From: Gammaproteobacteria bacterium
GTDB taxonomy: Bacteria > Pseudomonadota > Gammaproteobacteria > CAJXQU01
Assembly: GCA_965224825.1 (NCBI GenBank)
Contig: CBDDAG010000003.1
Span: forward strand, 969,414-1,033,413
Direction: 5' to 3'
Length of the DNA: 64,000 nucleotides
Under the pieces are notes generated by a model. It was not told the DNA's origin, did not search any database, and was given only the letters and a program-made list of their open reading frames with translations. The position numbers were made by a program, and so were the translations under genes. Below are positions 55,686 to 64,000 of this stretch, one piece after another. The first letter of the stretch is position 1, and every line of letters starts with the position of its first letter.

Positions 55686-56330
55686 CTATTCCTTAGAAAT
55701 CACCAGGAAACCAGTCTGTGAGCGTAATTTATTGTAGCGGATCAGGTCTTCATCATAGCTTTGTCTAACCTGTTCCTGTTCTTGTTGCTTGGCCAAAATA
55801 TAGCGTTTGTTCTCTGAAACCTGTGATTTGACGTTACGGATATCACCAAGAATTTTTTCTGTGGGTATTTCTCCCCGGCGCTCCATATTTGCTGCAGAGG
55901 CAAGAATTTTGTCCAGGTTGGACTGGATTTTTTCGATATGGGCCTGACGCAGGCTGATCTCGGCTGTCAGCGCAGAAAGTTTGCCTTCACGAGCGAGAAT
56001 AATGTCATCAGCCGAAGCAAACGTGTTCAACAAAAGCAGATCAGATTCTTTCTGTTTCTGGATGACCAACTGCTTTTCTTTTTCAACTTCAATCAGTCGA
56101 TCTTCCTCATCCAGTTCTTTTTTGGTTTTGGCGCGACCCGATTCATTTGTCGTGACACCCTGGCTATTCATCTGTCTGGTCTTTTGTTGTGAATATTCTG
56201 GCGGAACAGAATTTCCACATTCACGAATTCCATCACTGTTCTCCCAGCACTTGATCCGGGCATGTGATGATGAAAAAGAGATTGCGAAGAGTGTTGAGAT
56301 GATTACTATACGAAGAGTGTTTGATGTCAT
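55686..56330 (-). CDS. DUF4124-domain secreted protein with coiled-coil tail
   Basis: Signal peptide and …IKCWENSDGIRECGNSVPPE…. Confidence 0.5.
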   Translation of the reverse strand: MTSNTLRIVIISTLFAISFSSSHARIKCWENSDGIRECGNSVPPEYSQQKTRQMNSQGVTTNESGRAKTKKELDEEDRLIEVEKEKQLVIQKQKESDLLLLNTFASADDIILAREGKLSALTAEISLRQAHIEKIQSNLDKILASAANMERRGEIPTEKILGDIRNVKSQVSENKRYILAKQQEQEQVRQSYDEDLIRYNKLRSQTGFLVISKE

Positions 56331-56404
56331 TCTAATTTCCTTATTATCTGAGGAGTCCTGATTTAATAAGTTATCGGATATTTATTGAAAAACTTTAGCC
56401 TTTT

Positions 56405-57160
56405 ATGGATCTAAATAATCAAATAATACTGTTCATTATTTCGTTCCTTGCGAACCTGTTTTCTGCCTTTGCTGGCGGAGGAGCCGGGCTGATCCAGTTA
56501 CCTGCATTACTGTTTTTAGGGCTGCCATTTTCCGTAGCTTTAGGAACGCACAAACTGGCCAGTGTTGCACTAGGTGTTGGTGCAACCTTGCGGCATATGC
56601 GTGAAAAGAGTCTGGATCTCCGATTTGCTCTGTTTATCCTGGTAACAGGGATTCCCGGTGTGATCATCGGTGCGCATATTATTCTTGGTGTACCCGATCG
56701 ATGGGCAGAGATCGCGCTGGGTTGCCTGACGATCAGTCTGGGAATTTATTCGTGGCTAAAACCTTCTCTAGGACAACAAACGGTAGTGATCAATCGAAAC
56801 CGACGAGGTTATATCATTGGTGGGATGGTTTTATTTTTGATCGGTGTTCTGAATGGATCACTCACGTCGGGCACAGGTTTATTCGTCACGCTCTGGTTGG
56901 TTAGCTGGTTTGGGCTGGAATATAAACGTGCCGTTGCTTACACATTGATCCTGGTTGGCATGTTCTGGAACGGTGCGGGTGCTTTGACGTTGGGATTACT
57001 AAGTGAAATTCGTTGGGACTGGTTGCCTGCATTATTACTCGGATCATTTCTGGGTGGCTATGCTGGCGCACATCTTTCTATCGCCAAAGGCAACTATTGG
57101 ATCAAACGAGTTTATGAAGTGATCACCATTGTGATCGGCCTTAAGCTGATCTTTGGATAA
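56405..57160 (+). CDS. TauE/SafE (TSUP) family membrane transporter
   Basis: 251 aa with 7-8 TM. Gly-rich repeats typical of DUF81/TSUP. Confidence 0.7.
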   Translation: MDLNNQIILFIISFLANLFSAFAGGGAGLIQLPALLFLGLPFSVALGTHKLASVALGVGATLRHMREKSLDLRFALFILVTGIPGVIIGAHIILGVPDRWAEIALGCLTISLGIYSWLKPSLGQQTVVINRNRRGYIIGGMVLFLIGVLNGSLTSGTGLFVTLWLVSWFGLEYKRAVAYTLILVGMFWNGAGALTLGLLSEIRWDWLPALLLGSFLGGYAGAHLSIAKGNYWIKRVYEVITIVIGLKLIFG

Positions 57161-57182
57161 GCTTGTTTGCAAATGAGTAAGC

Positions 57183-57851
57183 TCATCTGTTGAACTCGCG
57201 TTTAACACGTAAAATTAACACCCGGCCATTGGCTGAATTAGATAGAATCATTGCATCCAGTTGTCCGGGATTATTTGATGGCAACAAACGAACTTGTTCA
57301 TGACTACGACTCTCTCCTGGCCCCAGGTAAACCTGTTCTTTTGTATCGGTTGGGCAAACATTCTGTTGTTCATCTTTATCTATAATGCCATTGCAGATAG
57401 TCTTTTTTAATGCTGTTGCATATTGATGTACTAAATCAGCAGGACTCGGTGTTTCATAAGATTTCAGATCAAAAGGTGCTAGCCTTTCCACACTAACACT
57501 TTGAGAAAACTCTTCTGGCATTTTACGCATTTTAATAATTATCTTATATCCAGTACTGCCTTTTTTCGATTTATAAGTACCTCGATAGGCTCTGAGTTCT
57601 GCAACGTCTTTGACAAAAGTCAACATGACACTATTGGTCATTCCAGTCTTGGGAGAATCAACAAGGATCCAGCCACGTTTAGTAAGAAGTTCAGCAATTT
57701 CTTTGACAGGTGTTAAGACAGAAATACCTTCGATCTCAAATTTGAGAATGGTATCTTTGTTTGAAAAACTCTCTAAAGCAAAAGCAGATCCCGACATCGT
57801 GGTCGCGAGAAAAACTAATAACAAAGTAATCTTCTTTTTATAAAGCATCAT
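57183..57851 (-). CDS. Hypothetical secreted protein
   Basis: Signal peptide. No recognisable family. Confidence 0.3.
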   Translation of the reverse strand: MMLYKKKITLLLVFLATTMSGSAFALESFSNKDTILKFEIEGISVLTPVKEIAELLTKRGWILVDSPKTGMTNSVMLTFVKDVAELRAYRGTYKSKKGSTGYKIIIKMRKMPEEFSQSVSVERLAPFDLKSYETPSPADLVHQYATALKKTICNGIIDKDEQQNVCPTDTKEQVYLGPGESRSHEQVRLLPSNNPGQLDAMILSNSANGRVLILRVKREFNR

Positions 57852-57938
57852 TCGTCTCCTTCTTTATTTAAAGATAATCTTTAAAAGGTAAACCTTAACT
57901 GAATCAAAAAAGTAAGAGATAAGTTCAGAGATTGTTGG

Positions 57939-58586
57939 TTAAGTCTTCTCTCCATATTGTTCACGATAAGCCAAAACTTGTTGCAGATGATCAGCCATTT
58001 CTTCCTTAACAGAAAGGTGTTCGATCAGATCAACAAGAGAAACAATACTTTCCACCGGAACCTTATGTTGTTGTTCAATTTCCTGAATGGCAGAAAGCTC
58101 ACCTTTACCACGTTCCTGCCGATTCAGCGAAATGATTACTCCGGCAAGCTCAGCACCCAGGCTATTGAAAACTTCAATGGACTCATTGACAGAAGTGCCT
58201 GCCGAGATCACATCATCAATGATCAAAACCTTGCCTTCCAAAGGAGCACCCAGAATCATACCGCCTTCGCCGTGATCTTTGACTTCTTTACGGTTCGAGC
58301 AAAAAGGCACATCATGATCATGATTCACTGCCAGCGCGATGGACGTCGCAGCCGCCAAAGGAATTCCTTTGTATGCCGGGCCATAGATCATATCGAACTC
58401 AATACCAGAATTGATGATCGCCTGCGCATAATAATCACCCAGCCGGGCTAGTTTCGCACCCGTATTGAACAAGCCTGTGTTGAAGAAATAAGGGCTTTGC
58501 CGACCAGATTTTAGTGTAAAGCTGCCAAATTTCAGGACGTCGTTTTTAAGAGCAAATTCGATGAATTCTTTTTGATATTTTTGCAT
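57939..58586 (-). CDS. pyrE: Orotate phosphoribosyltransferase
   Basis: PRPP-binding …[13 protein letters not shown]…. Confidence 0.95.
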   Translation of the reverse strand: MQKYQKEFIEFALKNDVLKFGSFTLKSGRQSPYFFNTGLFNTGAKLARLGDYYAQAIINSGIEFDMIYGPAYKGIPLAAATSIALAVNHDHDVPFCSNRKEVKDHGEGGMILGAPLEGKVLIIDDVISAGTSVNESIEVFNSLGAELAGVIISLNRQERGKGELSAIQEIEQQHKVPVESIVSLVDLIEHLSVKEEMADHLQQVLAYREQYGEKT

Positions 58587-58647
58587 GGTTTTAAAGGTAT
58601 GATAGAAAGTATCAAGTCTAACAAACAGCCCAGCTCAAGGAAACTTT

Positions 58648-59415
58648 ATGAAAATTATTTCTGCTAATCTCAACGGTATTCGTGCCGCACATCGCAAAGG
58701 TTTTTTCGATTGGTTGCCAAAACAGAAAGCCGATGTGATCTGTATTCAGGAAACCAAAGCGCAAACGCATCAGTTGGTTGATGAAATTCTGTCGCCAAAA
58801 GGTTTTCATAGCAGATTCCATGATGCAGTAAAAAAAGGTTATAGCGGAACAGCGTTATATATGAAAAAAGAACCCGATCAGATTATTACCGATCCCGGCT
58901 GGGGAGATTACGATCAGGAAGGGCGATATATTCAGGCCGATTACGGCGATCTGAGTGTGATCTCGTTATACCTTCCTTCCGGATCTTCTAGTGAAGAACG
59001 ACAGGCAAAAAAGTTTGGTTTTATGGATCGATTTTTCCCGTTGCTAGAGGGGATGAGTAAAGATGGACGTGACTATATTATTTGCGGCGACTGGAATATT
59101 GCGCATAAAGAAGTTGATCTGAAAAATTGGAAAGGTAATAAGAAAAATTCAGGATTTTTGCCGGAGGAGCGGGAATGGCTGACCAGACTTTTTGATGAAG
59201 TGGGATTTGTCGATGCATTCCGCGAGGTAAATCAGGAAGAACATCAATACACCTGGTGGTCGAACCGAGGTCAGTCATGGGCAAATAATGTTGGTTGGCG
59301 GATTGATTATCAGATCGTATCGCCGGGATTAAAAGGTAAAGCTCTCACTACCGAGGTCTACAAAGACGAACGATTTTCAGATCATGCACCGTTGATCATG
59401 ACCTACGATCTGTGA
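58648..59415 (+). CDS. xthA: Exodeoxyribonuclease III family (EEP) protein, catalytic residues retained
   Basis: …CIQETKA…, …GDWNIAHKE…, …SDHAPL… (E, D-x-N, D-H present). Located where Pseudomonas carries crc next to pyrE. Confidence 0.8.
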   Translation: MKIISANLNGIRAAHRKGFFDWLPKQKADVICIQETKAQTHQLVDEILSPKGFHSRFHDAVKKGYSGTALYMKKEPDQIITDPGWGDYDQEGRYIQADYGDLSVISLYLPSGSSSEERQAKKFGFMDRFFPLLEGMSKDGRDYIICGDWNIAHKEVDLKNWKGNKKNSGFLPEEREWLTRLFDEVGFVDAFREVNQEEHQYTWWSNRGQSWANNVGWRIDYQIVSPGLKGKALTTEVYKDERFSDHAPLIMTYDL

Positions 59416-59418
59416 CGG

Positions 59419-59868
59419 TTATTCAGTAAAAAACTGTTGCTGGAATTTCAGGTTATAAGTTTGATCGCTACCTTCAGGCTGAATCTTCAGATCAAAATCT
59501 AACGTTTCTTCGTTATGAATCGGAATCACACCGATGTAATAAATCGCACCTGAATCTTCCAGTTCACGGATCTCGATTTCGCGTAGTTGTGAAATGAGGT
59601 TGGTCGATGTCGCTGTTACTTTTGCTTTGACGGGGTTAAAAGAAGTTCCAGTGGGTTCTTTTAAAACGGAGATGCTTAAGAAAGCACGGTTTTTGCTACG
59701 GGCGATCTTATAGCCTCTTGCCACTTCCGCATTGAGCATTTCTGTATTCATTGCGTTGTAGTGAACGGTGTATTGGTCAAAGATTTGTGATTGTTCGGCC
59801 TTTGCAGATGTTGTGAAAAGGGTTGCAGCCAAAAGGATCATTGCTGGCAGGGTATTTTTTATTTGCAT
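59419..59868 (-). CDS. DUF4426-like periplasmic protein
   Basis: Signal peptide. …FDQYTVHYNAMNTEML…. Confidence 0.45.
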   Translation of the reverse strand: MQIKNTLPAMILLAATLFTTSAKAEQSQIFDQYTVHYNAMNTEMLNAEVARGYKIARSKNRAFLSISVLKEPTGTSFNPVKAKVTATSTNLISQLREIEIRELEDSGAIYYIGVIPIHNEETLDFDLKIQPEGSDQTYNLKFQQQFFTE

Positions 59869-59934
59869 AATTATCTCCTCTTTCTATGTAGACCTTTCGT
59901 AGGGCAAATAAGTTCGCCAAAAGATCAAGGGCAA

Positions 59935-60507
59935 TTAAAACAACCGACTAGCGCCAAGATCCATCAAGGGCTGAACCAGAAGCATCAATAATAATTGTAG
60001 TACAACCAGGGCAATTAAAAGCGAAAAATCTATTCCACCCGTTGGCGGGAGTTTTTTGCGAATCGGTGCAAGCAGTGGTTCTGTCAGACTGTTCAGGAGC
60101 GAGGTCATATAATTATAAGTTCCAGGTGCAACCCAGCTGAGAATGAAGCTGATAAAGAGTGCAAACATAAGCACATAGATTGTTAGCTGTATCAAACTGG
60201 CAATCGATATTATGATCAGGTTGCCGATCGGTAGCATATGACCTTTTAACAGGCCGAGGACAATCAGAAGTAATAATTGAAGAATGAACAACAATACAAG
60301 TGCTGGCCAATCTATGCCTTTCACACCGGGAATTATTTTTCGCAAAGGTCGTAATGCCGGAGTCGTGATCTTGAGAATAAATTGTGAAAATGGATTATGG
60401 AAATCTGCACGAAAAAATTGGAACAGAAATCGTAGCAACACAGCGAGGATATACAATCCAAAAAAAGTGCTGATCAGAAATGTCAGTGCGTTGTTAAAGT
60501 AGCCCAT
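59935..60507 (-). CDS. yggT: YggT-family membrane protein (two YGGT repeats)
   Basis: Duplicated …LRFLFQF…/…LLLMLLVQ… modules. Sits next to proC-yggS. Confidence 0.75.
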   Translation of the reverse strand: MGYFNNALTFLISTFFGLYILAVLLRFLFQFFRADFHNPFSQFILKITTPALRPLRKIIPGVKGIDWPALVLLFILQLLLLIVLGLLKGHMLPIGNLIIISIASLIQLTIYVLMFALFISFILSWVAPGTYNYMTSLLNSLTEPLLAPIRKKLPPTGGIDFSLLIALVVLQLLLMLLVQPLMDLGASRLF

Positions 60508-60553
60508 ATTTTTATAAAACTCCTAAATTCTTTCTGGTTATCTGCCGGTATCG

Positions 60554-61375
60554 TCAGCCCAATTCATCAGCCAGTTCTTCTGATCGATTTTTTGCTGCGG
60601 TGAGTGCTTGTTCAAATATTGAATCTATATTTTCCTGATCAAAGATACGCAAGGCCTGTTCCGTTGTCCCTCCGGGGGACGTTACCTGAACGCGTAAAGT
60701 GGCCGGATCATTCGGGCTTTCCAGCGCCATTTTTGCAGCACCAAAAGCAGTTTGTATGGTGAGTAATCTTGCCTGTTCTTCTGATAGCCCGAGTTTCATT
60801 GCGGCTTTTTCCATCGCTTCCATCATCCTGAAAAAGTAGGCTGGGCCACTACCAGAAACGGCGGTGATAACATCCATTAGAGACTCATCGTCCAGCCATT
60901 GAATAATACCAACAGCACGCATGACGGATTCTGCCATGCCGCGTTGATCCGTGCTGACATGTTTTGTCGCAAACAAACCGGTGGCACCACTTCCAACCAT
61001 TGATGGTGTATTTGGCATAGTTCTGACGATGGGCAGATCACCTCCCAGCCACGATGCCAAAGCCTTTGTACGAATGCCCGCAGCAATAGAAATGATCAGG
61101 GATTGGGGTTGATCAAGCAAGTTTTTAATTCCGTTAACTGCACGTTCCATGATCTGAGGTTTGACTGCCAGAACGATAATTTCTGCAGATCGTAATGCTT
61201 GTTGCGGACTTTCGTGAGCATTAATCTGGTATTCAAGATTCAATCGTTCCCGAATAGCCTGATCAGGATCAACTACATGGATAGCTTCCGGAGAATAACC
61301 GTCGGCGATTAGACCAGCGATCAGGCATCTGCCCATGTTTCCGCCACCGATAAATACGATTTTTTGATTATTCAT
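60554..61375 (-). CDS. proC: Pyrroline-5-carboxylate reductase
   Basis: …IVFIGGGNMG… Rossmann N-terminus and P5CR C-terminal domain. Confidence 0.9.
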   Translation of the reverse strand: MNNQKIVFIGGGNMGRCLIAGLIADGYSPEAIHVVDPDQAIRERLNLEYQINAHESPQQALRSAEIIVLAVKPQIMERAVNGIKNLLDQPQSLIISIAAGIRTKALASWLGGDLPIVRTMPNTPSMVGSGATGLFATKHVSTDQRGMAESVMRAVGIIQWLDDESLMDVITAVSGSGPAYFFRMMEAMEKAAMKLGLSEEQARLLTIQTAFGAAKMALESPNDPATLRVQVTSPGGTTEQALRIFDQENIDSIFEQALTAAKNRSEELADELG

Positions 61376-61390
61376 GAAAATTTCCCCTTG

Positions 61391-62068
61391 CTAACTTCGA
61401 GAGCCAAATAGTGCTGTACCAATACGGATCATTGTCGCACCTTCGGCAATAGCTGCTTCGAAATCATTCGTCGTCCCCATGGATAGTGTATCAAGTTCAA
61501 GACCTTGCTGTCTGAGAGAATCGAGAGCTTCGTGCAGTGCGTGAAAAGGTTGTCGTTGCTGATCGATCTCATCTACTGGTGCTGGCAAAGTCATTAATCC
61601 ACGAAGCTCTATATTCGGCAATTGATTTACTTCCAATGCAAGATCAGGCAACGCATCAAAGCTCACACCACCTTTTGAATCTTCACCGCTACTATTCACC
61701 TGAAGACAGATCTTGATCGGTGGTAAATTATCCGGACGTTGATCATTAAGTCGCTGGGCCGTCTTCAGCCGGTCAACGGTATGCACCCAGTCAAAATGTG
61801 TTGCGATCTGCCGAGTTTTATTTGATTGGATCTTGCCTATGTAATGCCATTCCAGATTTCGATGTTGTAGAGTTTCAATCTTTTCAATCGCTTCCTGTAG
61901 ATAATTTTCACCAAAACAGGTTTGTCCTTGATCTGCCAGTTTTTCAATCTCAGCCGCGGTTCTGGTTTTGCTTACTGCCAGAAGCGTGACGCTTTTGTCA
62001 GTTCGACCATACTGATCGCTAAACTCTTGTATTTCATGAAGAAGTTGTTTGATGTTCTTTGTTTTCAT
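61391..62068 (-). CDS. yggS: PLP homeostasis protein YggS
   Basis: …LLAVSKT… lysine motif and TIM-barrel length. Confidence 0.9.
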   Translation of the reverse strand: MKTKNIKQLLHEIQEFSDQYGRTDKSVTLLAVSKTRTAAEIEKLADQGQTCFGENYLQEAIEKIETLQHRNLEWHYIGKIQSNKTRQIATHFDWVHTVDRLKTAQRLNDQRPDNLPPIKICLQVNSSGEDSKGGVSFDALPDLALEVNQLPNIELRGLMTLPAPVDEIDQQRQPFHALHEALDSLRQQGLELDTLSMGTTNDFEAAIAEGATMIRIGTALFGSRS

Positions 62069-62173
62069 GGACCTTACTACTTTAGAAATAATTGGCGCAT
62101 AATTTGCACATAAGTAAGCTATATTTAGAGCTTGTAATACATCGCATCACAAGCTAATTTTTAAACAGTATAG

Positions 62174-62232
62174 TAGAGACCTTTGCACGAGAGACATGAC
62201 GGATAAAAAATGCTCTCGTGCAAAGGTCTCTA
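62174..62232. repeat. Perfect 20-bp inverted repeat TAGAGACCTTTGCACGAGAG / CTCTCGTGCAAAGGTCTCTA with 19-nt loop between yggS and pilT
   Basis: Read in sequence in the divergent promoter region. Confidence 0.6.
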
Positions 62233-62277
62233 GTAATTATACAGTCATTCGACCAGAAACTATGAGGGGAATACTTA

Positions 62278-63312
62278 ATGGACATTGGTGAACTACTGGC
62301 ATTTAGTGTCAAAAACGGCGCATCTGATTTACATCTTTCTGCAGGCTTACCGCCTATGATTCGTGTGGACGGCGATGTTCGACGAGTCAATATTCCACCG
62401 ATGGAACATAAGGAAGTTCATGGTCTGGTGTATGACATCATGAACGACAAGAACCGTAAGGACTTTGAAGAATTTCTGGAAACGGATTTCTCTTTTGAAG
62501 TTCCCGGACTTGCTCGATTTCGTGTGAATGCTTTCAATCAGGAACGTGGTGCAGCGGCAGTGTTTCGTACCATCCCTTCCGAAATTCTTTCTTTAGAAGA
62601 TCTTGGTGCTCCGGCTATCTTCAAAGACATTTCAGATTATCCTCGCGGACTTGTTCTGGTGACCGGACCTACAGGCTCTGGTAAATCAACAACGTTGGCG
62701 GCGATGGTGAATCATAAAAATGAAAGTGAATATGGTCATATTCTGACCGTCGAAGATCCGATCGAATTTGTTCATCAGAGTAAGAAATGTTTGATCAACC
62801 AACGAGAAGTTCATCGAGATACATTAGGTTTTAACGAAGCGTTGCGATCAGCTTTACGTGAAGATCCCGATACGATTCTGGTTGGTGAGCTGCGTGATCT
62901 CGAAACCATTCGACTCGCATTAACTGCAGCAGAAACCGGTCATCTTGTTTTTGGTACTTTGCATACCAGTTCTGCTGCCAAGACTATCGATCGTATTGTC
63001 GATGTATTCCCGGCGGATGAAAAAGACATGATGCGTGCGATGTTATCTGAATCCTTGCGAGCAGTTATCAGTCAAACGCTACTGAAGAAAGTTGGCGGTG
63101 GTCGAATTGCGGCGCATGAGATCATGATGGGTACGCCTGCGATCAGAAACTTAATTCGTGAAAATAAAATAGCTCAGATGTATTCAGCTATCCAGACCGG
63201 CGCTGGAGTGGGCATGCAAACACTAGATCAATGTATGCAGGAACTTGTTAACAAGAACCGGATCACCCGACAAGATGCAAAAGTCAAAGCTGTTAATAAA
63301 GATTTATTCTGA
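62278..63312 (+). CDS. pilT: Twitching-motility ATPase PilT
   Basis: Walker A GPTGSGKST. PilT signature …AHEIMMGTPAIRNLIRE…. Confidence 0.95.
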   Translation: MDIGELLAFSVKNGASDLHLSAGLPPMIRVDGDVRRVNIPPMEHKEVHGLVYDIMNDKNRKDFEEFLETDFSFEVPGLARFRVNAFNQERGAAAVFRTIPSEILSLEDLGAPAIFKDISDYPRGLVLVTGPTGSGKSTTLAAMVNHKNESEYGHILTVEDPIEFVHQSKKCLINQREVHRDTLGFNEALRSALREDPDTILVGELRDLETIRLALTAAETGHLVFGTLHTSSAAKTIDRIVDVFPADEKDMMRAMLSESLRAVISQTLLKKVGGGRIAAHEIMMGTPAIRNLIRENKIAQMYSAIQTGAGVGMQTLDQCMQELVNKNRITRQDAKVKAVNKDLF

Positions 63313-63356
63313 TCTGCCGATGACTTGAGATACAGTCTTAAATAGCGAGAGTTTCA

Positions 63357-64000
63357 ATGGAAAGAGAACAAGCGATAAGCTACATGCGGGATCTCCTGCA
63401 ATTGATGATCGACAAGAAGGGGTCGGATTTATTTATATCAGTCGGTTTCCCTCCAGCGATCAAGATGGATGGTGCAATAAAGCCGGTTTCGAAAATGAAA
63501 CTGACGCCGGAAAACACCAAGGCGCTGACCTATGCGATTATGAATGATCGTAATATCAAAGAATTTGAAGCAACCAAAGAATGTAACTTTGCCATCGCGC
63601 CAAAACCGATTGGTCGTTTTCGTGTCAATGCTCACGTTCAGTCAACTAACGTTGGCATGGTTTTGCGTACGATTGAAACCACCGTTCCTACTTTAGATGG
63701 TCTTGGGCTCCCTGAAGTATTGAAAGAAATTGCGATGACTAAACGTGGTCTTGTGATCATGGTCGGTGGTACTGGTAGTGGTAAATCTACTTCCATGGCC
63801 GCGATGGTTGATCATCGAAATGAAAACTCGCAAGGACACATAATCACCATAGAAGATCCAGTGGAATACGTACACGAGCACAAAGGCTGCATCATCATGC
63901 AACGTGAAGTGGGCGTGGATACGGATGATTGGGAAATCGCTCTGAAAAATACTTTACGTCAGGCTCCAGATGTTATTTTGCTCGGTGAGATCCGTGATCG
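63357..64000 (+). CDS. pilU: Twitching-motility ATPase PilU (3' end beyond the window)
   Basis: Manual translation from ATG 63357. …GGTGSGKSTSMAAMVDHRNE… and …ILLGEIRD…. Confidence 0.85.
   Translation, partial: MEREQAISYMRDLLQLMIDKKGSDLFISVGFPPAIKMDGAIKPVSKMKLTPENTKALTYAIMNDRNIKEFEATKECNFAIAPKPIGRFRVNAHVQSTNVGMVLRTIETTVPTLDGLGLPEVLKEIAMTKRGLVIMVGGTGSGKSTSMAAMVDHRNENSQGHIITIEDPVEYVHEHKGCIIMQREVGVDTDDWEIALKNTLRQAPDVILLGEIRD

Noticed and set aside
62154-62390. 78-aa minus-strand ORF upstream of and overlapping the pilT start
   Set aside because: It spans the 20-bp perfect inverted repeat and the pilT 5' end. Almost certainly not coding.

Overview
This 64-kb window is a chromosomal segment beginning at the replication-origin gene block of an AT-rich gammaproteobacterium. 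Gene order is dnaA(partial)-dnaN-recF-gyrB, followed by comF, the biotin operon bioB-[Sel1]-bioF-bioH-bioC-bioD and ctaA, then gloA, rpoH-ftsX-ftsE-ftsY, a pair of M16 peptidases, rsmD, coaD, a ferredoxin and ggt. The second half holds rsgA, deaD, mutM, rpmG-rpmB, radC, coaBC-dut-algC-argB-slmA, pyrE, xthA-like, yggT-proC-yggS and pilT-pilU(partial). This order resembles Pseudomonas-type gammaproteobacteria. The backbone is core housekeeping, but it carries several apparent insertions and oddities. (1) A membrane-anchored TIR-domain protein with a long ER/K-rich helical region sits between rpmB and radC on the opposite strand. (2) A divergent pair of TPR-decorated proteases lies at 27.4-33.8 kb: an M50-like zinc-ribbon metalloprotease, a papain-like C39-type peptidase, and a downstream 1004-aa TPR protein that is probably frameshift-fused to it. 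(3) Two type II toxin-antitoxin modules (AbrB/PIN and ParD/ParE) bracket rsmD. (4) A 4-gene ABC-2/GldG-like/DUF4340 cluster sits between mutM and rpmG. (5) The phosphomannomutase ORF has a 360-codon membrane-spanning N-terminal extension. (6) At least three families of intergenic palindromic repeat or MITE-like elements occur. (7) A class I methyltransferase has decayed to a pseudogene. (8) A Sel1-repeat gene is embedded in the bio operon. I found no rRNA, tRNA or CRISPR array. All calls come from reading the six-frame translations and the nucleotide sequence by eye. Family names are motif-level recognition, not database hits.
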